Positions 34,878-45,721 are shown, counted from the first letter of the stretch. The stretch: 64,000 bases of DNA from Candidatus Yanofskybacteria bacterium (GCA_030688685.1 JAUYJF010000006.1:120-64119); one strand, 5' to 3'. Notes: generated by a model from the sequence alone, not told the origin. Numbers and translations: made by a program.

Positions 34878-35093
34878 CTTTCCCGTCCCTCCGCCTCGTA
34901 GAATTGGGGAGAAGTGAGGGGTTTCACCTGTTCTCCCATGAGGAGGGGAAGGAGAGATGCTTTAGAGTACATCAGCATGCGGTTTTGTTCAAGGCTGAAT
35001 GGGGATAACTTAACGAAGTTAAAGCAGGATTCTGGGAAAACCAAAAACCGCCTTTCGGCGGTCTCTGATCCAGACAAGTAATGCCTGAGTTTG

Positions 35094-35426
35094 CTACATT
35101 TTTATCTCAATATCCACTCCGGCGGGCAAATTGATGCTTGAGAGAGCGTCAATTACTTTCTGGTTGGGATCTGGGATATCAATGAGGCGTTTGTGAGTTC
35201 GCATCTCAAACTGTTCCCTCGCGTCTTTGTGCACAAACGGCGAGCGGTTCACCGTGTATTTGCGGTGCTCTGTAGGCAAAGGAATAGGACCTATCACCTC
35301 GCATCCCTGCCGAAGAACCGCTTCCACAATCTGCTTTGAGGAAGAGTCTATCACCTTGTGGTCATAGGCAGAAATACGGATCCTTAATCTTTGCTGAGTT
35401 GGTGTGTGCTTTTCAGCGGTCGCCAT
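35094..35426 (-). CDS. rpsJ: 30S ribosomal protein S10
   Basis: [27 protein letters not shown]. Confidence 0.98.
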   Translation of the reverse strand: MATAEKHTPTQQRLRIRISAYDHKVIDSSSKQIVEAVLRQGCEVIGPIPLPTEHRKYTVNRSPFVHKDAREQFEMRTHKRLIDIPDPNQKVIDALSSINLPAGVDIEIKM

Positions 35427-35451
35427 TGGTGTTTGTAAGCTTTCTATGGAA

Positions 35452-36645
35452 CTAGTTTACGATCTTCGTCACAACTCCAGCTCCCACGGTTTTGCCTCCT
35501 TCGCGGATCGCGAATCTCTGCTGTTCTTCCATGGCAATGGGAACCTGAAGCTTTACCTTGACAGAGACAGTGTCTCCGGGCATCACCATTTCCGTCCCTT
35601 CAGGAAGCGTAACATCTCCGGTTACGTCCGTTGTTCGGAAATAGAACTGAGGCTTATACCCTGAGAAGAAAGGAGTGTGGCGTCCTCCTTCTTCTTTCGT
35701 GAGGACATAGATCTCGCACTCAAATTCCGTATGAGGAGTTACTGACCCTGTTTTTGCCATGACCTGCCCTCGCTCAATTTCATTCTTCTCAATGCCGCGG
35801 AGAAGAAGACCGACATTGTCTCCGGCCCTTCCTTCATCCAAGGACTTATTAAACATTTCAACTGATACCACGGTTGTCTTTCGCGTGTCGCCCAGACCAA
35901 CAATCTCCACTTCCTCGTTCTGGTGAACGATTCCGCGTTCAATGCGTCCGGTTGCCACGGTTCCGCGCCCCTGGATGGAAAATACGTCTTCCACCGCCAT
36001 AAGGAAAGGCTTGTCAATTTCCCGAACAGGCTCTGGAACATAGGAATCAACCGTACTCATAAGCTCGAGAATGGGCTTCACTGCCTCATCCTCGGGAGAA
36101 GCTCCTTCCAAGGCCTTCAAAGCGGATCCCCGAATGATTGGAGTTGTGTCTCCAGGATATCCATACTTCTTTAACAGCTCGCGGACCTCAGATTCAACCA
36201 AGTCAATCATCTCAGGATCATCCACCATGTCTACCTTGTTCAAGAATACGACAATGGAAGGAAGTCCCACCTGCCGAGCCAACAAGATGTGCTCGCGGGT
36301 CTGGGGCATAGGGCCGTCAGGAGCGGAAACCACAAGAATAGCTCCGTCCATCTGAGCCGCTCCCGTAATCATGTTTTTAATGTAGTCAGCGTGACCTGGG
36401 GCGTCAATGTGCGCGTAGTGCCTGTTTTCTGTTTCATACTCCAAATGGGAGATATTGATGGTAATCCCCCGCTGTCGCTCCTCTGGAGCAACGTCAATCT
36501 GATCCACCGATTTCTCCGATGAAATCAAGCCCTTCAGTTTCAGGGCATGGAGAATAGCGGCAGACAATGTGGTCTTTCCGTGATCCACGTGACCAATTGT
36601 TCCAATGTTCACGTGGGGCTTTTTTCTTTCAAATTTTTCTGCCAT
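35452..36645 (-). CDS. tuf: Elongation factor Tu
   Basis: [29 protein letters not shown]. Confidence 0.99.
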   Translation of the reverse strand: MAEKFERKKPHVNIGTIGHVDHGKTTLSAAILHALKLKGLISSEKSVDQIDVAPEERQRGITINISHLEYETENRHYAHIDAPGHADYIKNMITGAAQMDGAILVVSAPDGPMPQTREHILLARQVGLPSIVVFLNKVDMVDDPEMIDLVESEVRELLKKYGYPGDTTPIIRGSALKALEGASPEDEAVKPILELMSTVDSYVPEPVREIDKPFLMAVEDVFSIQGRGTVATGRIERGIVHQNEEVEIVGLGDTRKTTVVSVEMFNKSLDEGRAGDNVGLLLRGIEKNEIERGQVMAKTGSVTPHTEFECEIYVLTKEEGGRHTPFFSGYKPQFYFRTTDVTGDVTLPEGTEMVMPGDTVSVKVKLQVPIAMEEQQRFAIREGGKTVGAGVVTKIVN

Positions 36646-36688
36646 ACGTCAGGATAATAAATAATGATGTAATAATGCTCTAGCTCAA

Positions 36689-36922
36689 TTATAGGGGCAA
36701 ATCCTCAATTGTCAATTCTTCTCTGGCTCTCACAGGCTCAGGAGAAGCAGGGCGCCCCCTTTCTTCCGGAACACTTGGCAATGCCGCGGTTTTGGGCACA
36801 ACCGCTTTCTGTCCTTTGTATTCTTCAAAGGAAAGCGCGACCAGAACCGGCTTGCCGTTCTCTACGATTACGACCTTTCCTCCTTCATGTTCAATAAATT
36901 CTTTAAGCTCTTGAATATCCAT
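36689..36922 (-). CDS. Hypothetical protein, Phd/YefM-like N-terminus
   Basis: VVIVENGKPVLVALSFEEY; between fusA and tuf. Confidence 0.65.
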   Translation of the reverse strand: MDIQELKEFIEHEGGKVVIVENGKPVLVALSFEEYKGQKAVVPKTAALPSVPEERGRPASPEPVRAREELTIEDLPL

Positions 36923-36928
36923 ACCGTG

Positions 36929-39037
36929 TTATTTTCCCCGTGCTTCAATGACGCCTTGCGCAATATGCGCTGAAGTCTCTTCATACGCTTCAAACTCCAT
37001 GGTAAACGTGCCTCTTCCTTCTGTAAGGGAACGAAGATTCGTGGCGTATCCGAACATTTCAGAAAGCGGCACCTTCGCGTGAATGATTTTCATGCCAAGC
37101 TGGTCTTCCGTTTCCTCAATCTTTCCCCGCTTTGAGGCAAGATCCCCGATGATATCCCCAAAAAACTCTTCAGGAATGGTAACCTCCAGGCGCATGATCG
37201 GTTCAAGCAGTACGAGATTCGCTTTTCGTGTCGCCTCCTGCAGTCCCATGGATGCGGCGATCTTAAAAGCAATCTCGGAGGAATCCACCTCATGGTAGCT
37301 TCCGTCATACAATGATACCTCAAAGTCAATGAGGGGGTATCCCGCGAGGACTCCTTTGTCTGCCGCCTCCCTGATTCCCTTTTCTACCGCGGGAATATAT
37401 TCATGAGGAATTGACCCTCCCTTAATTTCGTTCAAAAACGCGAAGCCCTGTCCGCGCTCTCGCGGCCTGACCCGAAGATACACGTGTCCGTATTGTCCGC
37501 GTCCTCCCGATTGCCTCACGTACTTGCCTTCGGCCTGCGCCTCCTGGCGAATCGTCTCCTTGTAGGCAACCTGAGGCCTGCCCACGTTCGCTTCAACCCC
37601 GAACTCCCGGCGCATCCGATCCACGATAATATCCAGGTGGAGTTCGCCCATTCCAGAGATGATCGTTTCTCCGGTCTCCAGATCCGTCTTGACGCGAAAC
37701 GTTGGATCCTCTTCCATAAGCCGCTTTAAGGCCTGGCCCATCTTTTCCTGGTCTTGCTTTGTTTTCGGTTCAATGCGTACGGAAATAACGGGTTCTGGGA
37801 ATACGATCTGCTCCAGAAGAATGGGGTTGTTCTCGTCACACAAAGTATGTCCGGTGGAAGTTCCTTTGAGCCCCACGGTGGCCGCGATATCTCCCGCGTA
37901 TAATTCTTCCACTTCTTCCCGCTCGTTCGCGTGCATGAGCAAGAGACGGCTGACGCGCTCTTTCTCTCCAACGGTTGAATTGAGCACGTAGGATCCTTTC
38001 TTCAGCGTCCCAGAGTAGATGCGGAAATACGTTAAGCTCCCCACGTACGGATCAGAGGCGATCTTGAAGGCGAGAGCGGAAAAGGGTTCTTCGTCCGAAG
38101 CCTTGCGCTCTACCTCTTCTCCTGTTTTTGGATGCACTCCCGTAACCGGCGGAACATCCAAAGGGCTGGGCAGGTAATCCACAACGGCATCCAGCACAAG
38201 CTGAACGCCTTTGTTGCGGAGAGCCGTACCCACAAGCACCGGAACAAGCTTTGAGGCAAGTGTCGCTTTCCGGAGCGTCTTCTTCAGTTGTTCCGCGCCT
38301 ATCTCCTTTCCTTCCAGGTAGGCATTCATAAGCTGCTCATCTTCTGCCGCGATTTTTTCCACCAGGGTATCATGCAGCTCCTTTGCCTTTGCCTTGAGAT
38401 CTTCTGGAATTTCCCGCTCCTTGGTAATTTGGCCGAAATCTCCCTCAAATTCATAGGCCTTCAAGGTGATCAGGTCCACCATTCCGGAAAATTCCCCTTC
38501 TTGTCCTATGGGCAAGTGGATGGCAACCGCGTTCTTGGTGAGTTTTTTTGCGATAGATTCCAGGCACCGATCAAAGGAAGCTCCCGTTCTGTCAATCTTA
38601 TTAATAAAGCAGATGCGGGGAACTTTAAATTTGTCTGCTTGCCGCCATACCGTTTCTGACTGGGGTTCCACTCCGGAAACCCCGTCAAAGACAACAACCG
38701 CTCCATCCAAAATGCGGAGGGAGCGCTGTACCTCCACGGTAAAGTCAATGTGGCCGGGGGTATCAATAATGTTAATGCGGTATTCATTTTCCTTGCCCCG
38801 GCTTTGCGTGTAGGTGGGAATCCAAAAGCATGTGGTCGCCGCCGAAGTGATCGTGATTCCCCGCTCTCGCTCCTGTTCCATCCAGTCCATGACAGCGGCG
38901 CCCTCATGCACTTCCCCGATCTTGTGGGAAATTCCCGTATAAAACAAAATCCGCTCGGTTGTTGTTGTTTTCCCAGCGTCAATATGGGCAATGATCCCAA
39001 TGTCGCGAACCCGTTCAATTGGATACTGTCTCGGCAT
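36929..39037 (-). CDS. fusA: Elongation factor G
   Basis: [31 protein letters not shown]. Confidence 0.99.
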   Translation of the reverse strand: MPRQYPIERVRDIGIIAHIDAGKTTTTERILFYTGISHKIGEVHEGAAVMDWMEQERERGITITSAATTCFWIPTYTQSRGKENEYRINIIDTPGHIDFTVEVQRSLRILDGAVVVFDGVSGVEPQSETVWRQADKFKVPRICFINKIDRTGASFDRCLESIAKKLTKNAVAIHLPIGQEGEFSGMVDLITLKAYEFEGDFGQITKEREIPEDLKAKAKELHDTLVEKIAAEDEQLMNAYLEGKEIGAEQLKKTLRKATLASKLVPVLVGTALRNKGVQLVLDAVVDYLPSPLDVPPVTGVHPKTGEEVERKASDEEPFSALAFKIASDPYVGSLTYFRIYSGTLKKGSYVLNSTVGEKERVSRLLLMHANEREEVEELYAGDIAATVGLKGTSTGHTLCDENNPILLEQIVFPEPVISVRIEPKTKQDQEKMGQALKRLMEEDPTFRVKTDLETGETIISGMGELHLDIIVDRMRREFGVEANVGRPQVAYKETIRQEAQAEGKYVRQSGGRGQYGHVYLRVRPRERGQGFAFLNEIKGGSIPHEYIPAVEKGIREAADKGVLAGYPLIDFEVSLYDGSYHEVDSSEIAFKIAASMGLQEATRKANLVLLEPIMRLEVTIPEEFFGDIIGDLASKRGKIEETEDQLGMKIIHAKVPLSEMFGYATNLRSLTEGRGTFTMEFEAYEETSAHIAQGVIEARGK

Positions 39038-39040
39038 AGA

Positions 39041-39508
39041 TTACCTCGCAAAATGCGCGAATGCGCGGTTGGCCTCAGCCATGCGATGCACGTTTTCCTT
39101 TTTCTTAATGGCCTCTCCCTCGTTATTGTAGGCAGCCAGGAGTTCCGCGGCTAGTTTCTCGCGCATGGGTTTTCCTTTTTTTGCGCGGGCTGTCCCAATA
39201 ATCCATCTCATGGCCAGACTCATTCTCCTATCCCCGCGCACTTCCATGGGAACCTGGTATGTTGCTCCTCCCACCCGCTTTGACCGCACCTCCATAGTGG
39301 GGGCGGCGTTGTCCAAGGCCTGCGCCAAAAGCTCCGCTGCTTCTTTCTTTGTCGCCTGGGCGCATGTTCCAAGCGCTTCATATACGATTTTGCGCGCGAT
39401 AGACTTTTTCCCATCCTGCATGACGTGATTGATGAATGAGGAAACAAGGGTGCTGTTATACACCAAGTCGGCTGGAATGTCTCGTTTTGCGATAATGCCT
39501 CGTGCCAT
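39041..39508 (-). CDS. rpsG: 30S ribosomal protein S7
   Basis: [22 protein letters not shown]. Confidence 0.98.
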   Translation of the reverse strand: MARGIIAKRDIPADLVYNSTLVSSFINHVMQDGKKSIARKIVYEALGTCAQATKKEAAELLAQALDNAAPTMEVRSKRVGGATYQVPMEVRGDRRMSLAMRWIIGTARAKKGKPMREKLAAELLAAYNNEGEAIKKKENVHRMAEANRAFAHFAR

Positions 39509-39511
39509 GTA

Positions 39512-39922
39512 TTACTTTTGCTTCTTTGTCCCGTATTTAGATCGCTCTTGCTTGCGCCCATCAACCCCAGCGGCATCAAGAATCCCGCGCACCACGTGGT
39601 AGCGCACGCCAGGAAGGTCTTTCACGCGTCCTCCCCGGATAAGGACAACAGAGTGCTCTTGCAGGTTATGTCCTATCCCCGGAATGTACGCTGTGGTCTC
39701 CATGCCGTTGCTCAGGCGAAGACGGGCAACCTTCCGAAGAGCGGAGTTCGGTTTCTTGGGAGTAGTGGTAAACACCCTGAGACACACTCCTCGCTTAAAA
39801 GGAGAAGCGTAATCCATGGGCCTGTTCGTCAAGGTATTGAACCCAAACGTCATTGCAGGGCTCTTGCTCTTTTTCTTTGTGGTTTTCCTTCCCTTTTTTA
39901 ATAGTTGATGAATTGTAGGCAT
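39512..39922 (-). CDS. rpsL: 30S ribosomal protein S12
   Basis: [21 protein letters not shown]. Confidence 0.99.
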   Translation of the reverse strand: MPTIHQLLKKGRKTTKKKSKSPAMTFGFNTLTNRPMDYASPFKRGVCLRVFTTTPKKPNSALRKVARLRLSNGMETTAYIPGIGHNLQEHSVVLIRGGRVKDLPGVRYHVVRGILDAAGVDGRKQERSKYGTKKQK

Positions 39923-39987
39923 GATAACGAAAATGCGCGTATGCGCACAAAGGGAGTATATCAGAGTGAATTTTCAGTGTCAATTCC

Positions 39988-40644
39988 TTAGTAGCAAAAA
40001 GGGAAGATTCCGGGGAGCGCGCACACAGGCACTCCTACAATAAGCTGAAAAAGCCCGAGGATAGGGATGAGGATAAGGCCAAAAAATAACCCGGGAAACA
40101 GGAAGATAAGCGCCAAGAGCATGAAGAATCCGTATCGGAAGAAGAAATCCCGAACCTCGGCAAGCTGCGGAGGAAGAAAGACGGATAGAACATGCGAGCC
40201 ATCCAAAGGAGGAATGGGAACCATGTTAAAAATACCAAGAATGATATTCAGGAGCACAATATCCCGAAGAATGGGAACTATCGCTTGAAGCGCTTCCTGG
40301 TTCATTCCAAACCGAAGAAGGAGCCCAAAGGTAACAGCCAAGGCAAGATTTGCCGCAATGCCCGCCAAACTTACCTGTACCTCCCCCCATTTCCTGTTTC
40401 TAAAGTTGAGGGGATTTACCGGGACCGGCTTTGCCCACGCGATAAGTCCCCGCACCGGAAGCAACACTAAAATAAGCGGCACCAGGATGGATCCCACAGG
40501 GTCAATATGAGGAATGGGGTTGAGCGTAAGGCGCCCCGCGTCCTTTGCGGTGGAATCCCCTTGCGAATAGGCGGCCAGCCCGTGAGAAACCTCATGAAGC
40601 ACCACAGAGAAAATCAGAACACCAATCAGGAAAATCACTTCCAT
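39988..40644 (-). CDS. Site-2 protease (peptidase M50)
   Basis: HEVSH, RLTLNP, NMVPIPPLDG. Confidence 0.92.
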   Translation of the reverse strand: MEVIFLIGVLIFSVVLHEVSHGLAAYSQGDSTAKDAGRLTLNPIPHIDPVGSILVPLILVLLPVRGLIAWAKPVPVNPLNFRNRKWGEVQVSLAGIAANLALAVTFGLLLRFGMNQEALQAIVPILRDIVLLNIILGIFNMVPIPPLDGSHVLSVFLPPQLAEVRDFFFRYGFFMLLALIFLFPGLFFGLILIPILGLFQLIVGVPVCALPGIFPFCY

Positions 40645-40765
40645 ACCTTTTCTATAACACAGATTTCGTCTGAGAGCTACTTTGCCCTTAGTTTGCTCCA
40701 CCAAAATCAAGAGGGATGTGTTCTCATGGGAACATCCCTCTCATGTTGGTGCAGAAGCTGGAAGA

Positions 40766-41665
40766 CTACGCGGGACACAACTCCACATACTGCTGCACGA
40801 TGTTGGAGAACACCTTTGCGCCACGATTTGCAAATGCGGTGTTGATACCCACCGCCTTGGCACCTGCCAATCGGTAGTCCTGCACATCCTTCCCACACTG
40901 CACTCCCCCGGCCCCCATGAGGTCAATGTCAGAACGAAGCAGTTCCCGGAACTGCACTACCTGGCCTAGGGCGATTCCCTTGAAGCCTGGCCCTGCAAAT
41001 CCCGCCTTGCCTCCGCCGGGCGTAATGGCGGTCTTGGTACCGTCCCACCCAAAGCCATTGGGCCAGGTGTTTGATGCAACCACGCCCCGCACGACTCTCG
41101 AGCCATTGAGCACCTCGGCTGTTTGGCTCAAAAGATTGGGGGGAAGCGGTGAGAGCTTCACGGTAACCCTTACGGTAGTGGAGAAGAATGGGTCCTTCAG
41201 TTCCTGGAGAACTTCGTCCACGAGCACAGGTTCGTAGGAGAAAATCGTTTTCTGCCCGCCTTCTCCCCAAACATTGGAGCAACCGAGGTTGAGCTCAACC
41301 TGATCTGCCCACTGCGCTGCGAATGAGGCGAGCGCATGATACTCCTTCGGGGAGAATCCTGCCACACTCACAATGAGAGGTTTGTCAGTAGCATGAGCGA
41401 GTTCCCTCATCCTGGGAAGCGCCTTCTCGTAGTAGGGCATTCCCCCATTCGGCAGACCGAGAGAGTTGAGGGAGTACCTCCCCTCAGGGTCCATCCAGTA
41501 GGTATCACCCACGTTGAGCTCTCGCCGCTCCATTGTGATGGAACCCACGGTTATGGCACCGACAGGTGTTTTGGCGAGCTGTTCAACCTCCTCTATTGTT
41601 TTACAGCTCCCAGCTGCATTCACCAGGGGACACGCCAATGAAATCCCAGCAAAGACCGTCTCCAC
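40766..41665 (-). CDS. pyrD: Dihydroorotate dehydrogenase, family 1
   Basis: NAAG, NSLGLPN, ELNLGCSN, KLSP, SNT, GAGGV; GTG start after GGAGG. Confidence 0.88.
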   Translation of the reverse strand: METVFAGISLACPLVNAAGSCKTIEEVEQLAKTPVGAITVGSITMERRELNVGDTYWMDPEGRYSLNSLGLPNGGMPYYEKALPRMRELAHATDKPLIVSVAGFSPKEYHALASFAAQWADQVELNLGCSNVWGEGGQKTIFSYEPVLVDEVLQELKDPFFSTTVRVTVKLSPLPPNLLSQTAEVLNGSRVVRGVVASNTWPNGFGWDGTKTAITPGGGKAGFAGPGFKGIALGQVVQFRELLRSDIDLMGAGGVQCGKDVQDYRLAGAKAVGINTAFANRGAKVFSNIVQQYVELCPA

Positions 41666-41850
41666 GGCACACCTCCAAGAATCAAGATCTGTCTCTCTCC
41701 TACCACTCTCAACAGAGAGCGTCAACGAAACCTTGCGTTTTTATAGAAAATGAGTATACTGGTCTTTGTATACGCGTTTCGGTATAGTTATCGTATTTTC
41801 TCGAAATCCGCTAACGTACCCATTCTCTCATTTCTTAAAAATACTCAACT

Positions 41851-42066
41851 ATGGCAAATCGGTGTGAAATATGCGCGAAAAAGAAGAACATCGCTTGGAC
41901 GCGGATAAAACTGCGGGGAAAGTACAACCCTACTTCCAAGCACGCCCAAAAGCCAAATCTCCAGTGGACCCAGCTTTTTGAACCATACGCCGCAAAATTC
42001 GGCGTGAGTGCCGGCACCCGCGTAAAAGCATGCGCCAAGTGCATGAAAGCGCTCTCAAAAACATAA
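41851..42066 (+). CDS. rpmB: 50S ribosomal protein L28
   Basis: RCEIC...QKPNLQ...CAKC. Confidence 0.9.
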   Translation: MANRCEICAKKKNIAWTRIKLRGKYNPTSKHAQKPNLQWTQLFEPYAAKFGVSAGTRVKACAKCMKALSKT

Positions 42067-42148
42067 CATTAACTACTCATGATAAAGCTCCGGCCCTCCA
42101 GCCCGGAGCTTTTCAGTAAGCATTTTTTCTGCTATCTTTTAAAGTATA

Positions 42149-42219
42149 CGGGCTGTAGTATACCGGCAGTACGCGTCCATGGGGTGGATGTAGACTGGGT
42201 TCGATTCCCAGCAGCCCGA
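42149..42219 (+). tRNA. tRNA-Pro(GGG), CCA not encoded
   Basis: CGGGCTG/CAGCCCG acceptor stem; anticodon loop ATGGGGT; GGTTCGATTCC. Confidence 0.92.
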
Positions 42220-42375
42220 CATCAAAATCTCATTTACTAGCGGGTATAAAAAACTTGCCCACAGCAGAAGTTGAATCTGCAACTTTTCGGACAGAAACTG
42301 TCTCATTGACTTCTCTTTGCCGTTTTTCTAGGATGCGCCTAGATCATTCAAGTACATGGCGTATAGGAGGTTGCC

Positions 42376-43029
42376 GTGAAAAAATCTTTGTCGTTGCATC
42401 AATGGCAACACATAGTTCGAAGAATATATGGTTGTAAGGACATGCGGGATTATACTCCCGAGTCACTTCTCCTCCACATCGTAAAGCAGATGGGGAGAAT
42501 CGCAAAAGCATTGCGGCGAGAGGATCAAAAGGACCTGCTGCGCGCTTTGCCCCGTTTCTATATCTGGGTAGTGTCATTCTGCGTGATGTACCGCATTGAT
42601 TTGGAGGAGGCGGTATGGAACAAGTACAAAGGCTGCTGTCCGTACTGCGGCGCCACAGAACATTGTTCCTGCGCCTCCAACAGCACCAAACCCGCGCAAT
42701 GGTACCGCAATGAATCAGTAATGCGGCCGCGGACTGTCGCAGAGTGGCAGGAAATGTTCAGACGGATATACGGAGAGACCAACCATACCCTGTCCCTCAC
42801 AGAAATCGGCCTTCACCTCGCAGAAGAGGTGGGCGAAGTCAGTGAGGCGTTTTATCTCCGGGAAAGAGACGGGGAAGCGCCCCTCCATTACGAGATAGCA
42901 GACACAATAGCGTGGCTGTTCGCGCTCGCAAATCGCCTGGGCATTGACCTTGGGGCCTTATCCTGGGAGGCGTACCCTGGGGTATGCGATACCTGCAGAA
43001 TGCGGGAATGCGCATGCCCGCTTGTATAA
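42376..43029 (+). CDS. Tandem MazG-like NTP pyrophosphohydrolase with Cys-rich Zn motifs
   Basis: Two repeats; LAEEVGEVSE...EIADTIAW in repeat 2; CCPYC..CSC and CDTC..CAC; TTGACT-17-TAGGAT promoter and AGGAGG RBS. Confidence 0.85.
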   Translation: MKKSLSLHQWQHIVRRIYGCKDMRDYTPESLLLHIVKQMGRIAKALRREDQKDLLRALPRFYIWVVSFCVMYRIDLEEAVWNKYKGCCPYCGATEHCSCASNSTKPAQWYRNESVMRPRTVAEWQEMFRRIYGETNHTLSLTEIGLHLAEEVGEVSEAFYLRERDGEAPLHYEIADTIAWLFALANRLGIDLGALSWEAYPGVCDTCRMRECACPLV

Positions 43030-43103
43030 AAATCTTTAAAGCTCTTCCATCCGCCTCGTGGGAGAGCTTTATTTTATGGAAAGTCATGCTACTATAGAAA
43101 ATC

Positions 43104-43400
43104 ATGCGTTTTGAAATTCCCCTCCAGAACCAAAATCTCCCGCAAATAATGCGGCAATGCGGATACGCGCCCGAAGGGCAGGACGGAGATGAATGGAAAT
43201 TCACGCGTCCCCTCCGGGGCGCCAGGTACCCGAGATTCCACATGTACGCCAGGACATCTCCGGATGCCGCGAAAGCCTCTCTCAATCTTCACTTGGATCA
43301 AAAACAGCCCTCGTACAGAGGGAGTTCAGCTCACAGCGGCGAGTACGACGGCCCGCTCGTGGAGCAGGAGGCCGCCCGTATTCAATCTCTTGTTTCCTGA
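43104..43400 (+). CDS. Conserved CPR hypothetical protein
   Basis: YPRFH, LHLDQKQPSY..AHSGEYDG..V..EAARI. Confidence 0.75.
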   Translation: MRFEIPLQNQNLPQIMRQCGYAPEGQDGDEWKFTRPLRGARYPRFHMYARTSPDAAKASLNLHLDQKQPSYRGSSAHSGEYDGPLVEQEAARIQSLVS

Positions 43401-43948
43401 GCAAGCACTTGCTCCTGAATCTTTTTCCACCAGGAAAATTCCTGGTTTTTCAGCAGAGAAAGCTGCTTCTCGTAGATGCCTTGAAAAAACTTATTTCCTA
43501 CCCGCACTTCTTCCGCGCATTTTGCGATGAGGGAAAGGCGGTCTGCCGTTTTTACCATTTGCGCCTCAATTGATTTCCCCTCCCCTTCTTCCACCCACAG
43601 GGAGATGTATCGCTCTTTGAGGGTATCGGGGAGCCCCTCAAACTCTTGAGGAATGACTTCTTTATTTACCCTGCGTATTGTCTCTGTGATCTCCGGGGAA
43701 TAATGCTTAAAGGGAGTGAGAATATCTCCGGAAAACGCCTCTTCTTTATCATGGACAAGAGCCATGGCAAGAACCTTTTCCTTGTCCACCGTCTCCCCGC
43801 GCGCTTGCGTAAGATCGCAGAGAATGAGAGCGATATACGCGGTAAAGAATGAGTGTTCCGCCACGCTCTCGGGAAAATGCTGAGGCGTGGAAGAAAACCG
43901 CCGAATATGCGCGAGAGACCGTTGTAAAATATGCCCAAAGATTCCCAT
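43382..43948 (-). CDS. HD-domain YfbR-like 5'-deoxynucleotidase
   Basis: RFSS..ESVAEHSF, LVHD.EE..GDI.TPFK, VKTAD. Confidence 0.85.
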   Translation of the reverse strand: MGIFGHILQRSLAHIRRFSSTPQHFPESVAEHSFFTAYIALILCDLTQARGETVDKEKVLAMALVHDKEEAFSGDILTPFKHYSPEITETIRRVNKEVIPQEFEGLPDTLKERYISLWVEEGEGKSIEAQMVKTADRLSLIAKCAEEVRVGNKFFQGIYEKQLSLLKNQEFSWWKKIQEQVLAQETRD

Positions 43949-43994
43949 ACAAAACCCTGCTCTCAAATTACCGATTCCGAAATAGATCTAGGTG

Positions 43995-44083
43995 AGTGCC
44001 GTATCCTTGAGCCCACAGGCCCAAGGAGCATCCAGCTCTCTTGGAACGATAATGCGGAATCGTAAAAAGGAGAACAGGGCACT
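43995..44083 (-). ncRNA. Candidate ~90-nt multi-branched RNA or leader
   Basis: AGTGCC/GGCACT closing stem with three internal hairpins; TACAAT just upstream on the minus strand. Confidence 0.3.
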
Positions 44084-44105
44084 TCTATTGTATCGTGCTC
44101 CAGAG

Positions 44106-44693
44106 CTACTCGTCAATGCCAAATCTCCGGTATTTGTAGATAGCAGCGTCGTGGAACCACTGCTGTAGTTCATGCGCGGCTTCCTCTGGTGTTTCAGAGG
44201 CATGCACTAGATTCATCACCGCTCTTTTTTCCTTGTTGGCAAGCAGAGGCGAGTCAGCGGAAAAGTCCCCGCGAATTGTTCCCATGTCCGCCAGATATGG
44301 CATAGTAGGACCCGCGATCTTGCGAACCATGTCCACGGCGTGGATTCCCTGCACCGCCATCTTCACCAGGGGAGCTGAGGTCATAAAATTAATAAGCCAT
44401 CCCCGTACCATTGTTCCAATTTCCAGATCATCTGCCGTTCCAAGTTCTTCTTTGGCGTCAAATCCGTACTTTTCGTAGGTGGCGAGAGTTTTCTGTCCCA
44501 GGCGCCTGATCCATGCCTCCTCCTTCGGATAATGATCATCCATTTCTTCGCGGGTTGGCTGGAACATCTGCAGGGCGATAATCTTGAGATCCCGCTGTTC
44601 AATTCGTTTGATGATCTCCCCGATCAAACCTTTCCTGACTCCGTCCGGCTTAATGAGCACAAATGTTTTTTCCTCTTTTGGATGCTCTGGCAT
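44106..44693 (-). CDS. ndk: Nucleoside diphosphate kinase
   Basis: TFVLIKPDGV, GTIRGDF, NLVHAS. Confidence 0.95.
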   Translation of the reverse strand: MPEHPKEEKTFVLIKPDGVRKGLIGEIIKRIEQRDLKIIALQMFQPTREEMDDHYPKEEAWIRRLGQKTLATYEKYGFDAKEELGTADDLEIGTMVRGWLINFMTSAPLVKMAVQGIHAVDMVRKIAGPTMPYLADMGTIRGDFSADSPLLANKEKRAVMNLVHASETPEEAAHELQQWFHDAAIYKYRRFGIDE

Positions 44694-44713
44694 TTCGTAT
44701 GATGTTATATGTT

Positions 44714-45547
44714 TTAATAGGAGAAGGAGATCGTAATATCCCCGTCCAGGTCCGTTCTCAATATACCTATACCATAGCGCCCGAAAGTTTCAATGGTTTC
44801 CTGGTGCGGATGCCCATAGGGATTGTCAAATCCGGCGGATACAACCGCAAGAGACGGACGAACTGTTTCCACAAACAAAGGACTGCTTGAGGTCTTGCTT
44901 CCGTGATGCCCAGCCAGCAAAACATCCGAAGCGAGCTGCTTGCCGGAATTCACCAGCTCTTGCTCAATACTCTTGGGCGCGTCCCCGGGAAAAAGGGCTG
45001 ATCCTCCGGGGGTTTCCAGGCGCAGCACGATTGATCCCTCATTCGCGTCCTTCTCGTATGCCGCCATATGATCCAGGGGAGCAAGCACTTCTAAAAACCC
45101 GCGATCTCCCCAGTACATGACTTGCCTTTCCCGCGCGAGAACGCCTTGGGCTCCCGAGCGTTCCATGGCGCTGAGAAAACGCTCAAAGGTGCCGGTCTCC
45201 TTCCCTTCCCCGGTCCATAAGATCCGCGCGACGGCATAGCGCTCAAACACAAACGCCAGCCCCGCGATATGATCCGCGTCAGCATGCGTCGCAACCACAA
45301 GATCAAGGGATCTCTTCCAAAAAGGAAGCGCTCCCCCAAGTTTTTTGAGAATAGTATCTCCTCTTCCTCCGTCAATAAGAATGGCGTGCCCTTGGCGCGT
45401 CCGTATCAGAATCGCGTCGCCCTGCCCCACGGCAAAAAAATGCGCATGGAGAGATTGAGACGCTTGCACCTCTTTCCATACCTCAATATTCGCGAACACA
45501 AGTAACCAAAATACTCCAAGAAGCAGCGGAGCAAGGCGAATACCCAT
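44714..45547 (-). CDS. ComEC/Rec2-like metallo-beta-lactamase fold protein
   Basis: VGQGDA, THADADH, GHHGS, NPYGHPH. Confidence 0.9.
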   Translation of the reverse strand: MGIRLAPLLLGVFWLLVFANIEVWKEVQASQSLHAHFFAVGQGDAILIRTRQGHAILIDGGRGDTILKKLGGALPFWKRSLDLVVATHADADHIAGLAFVFERYAVARILWTGEGKETGTFERFLSAMERSGAQGVLARERQVMYWGDRGFLEVLAPLDHMAAYEKDANEGSIVLRLETPGGSALFPGDAPKSIEQELVNSGKQLASDVLLAGHHGSKTSSSPLFVETVRPSLAVVSAGFDNPYGHPHQETIETFGRYGIGILRTDLDGDITISFSY

Positions 45548-45559
45548 ACGCCCGAACGG

Positions 45560-45721
45560 TTACGCGCTTGGAAGAAACCGCATCATTTTTGTCTGGCAGA
45601 CAGGACACGCTCCCTGCATAGCTCTTCGCTTCTTCCCTCCCTTTGCGTCAATCTCTACCTCCTTCTCGTTTGCCATTTCTCTTTTTGTCTTGCATCGGAC
45701 ACAATATGCTTCAGTTGCCAT
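45560..45721 (-). CDS. DUF5679-type small zinc-binding protein
   Basis: Manual translation MATEAYCVRCKTKREM...GACPVCQTKMMRFL. Confidence 0.8.
   Translation of the reverse strand: MATEAYCVRCKTKREMANEKEVEIDAKGGKKRRAMQGACPVCQTKMMRFLPSA

Noticed and set aside
42376-43948. MazG + HD as a Z-genome (MazZ/DatZ/PurZ) pathway
   Set aside because: There is no PurZ/PurA homolog or phage polymerase nearby, and the two genes are on opposite strands.
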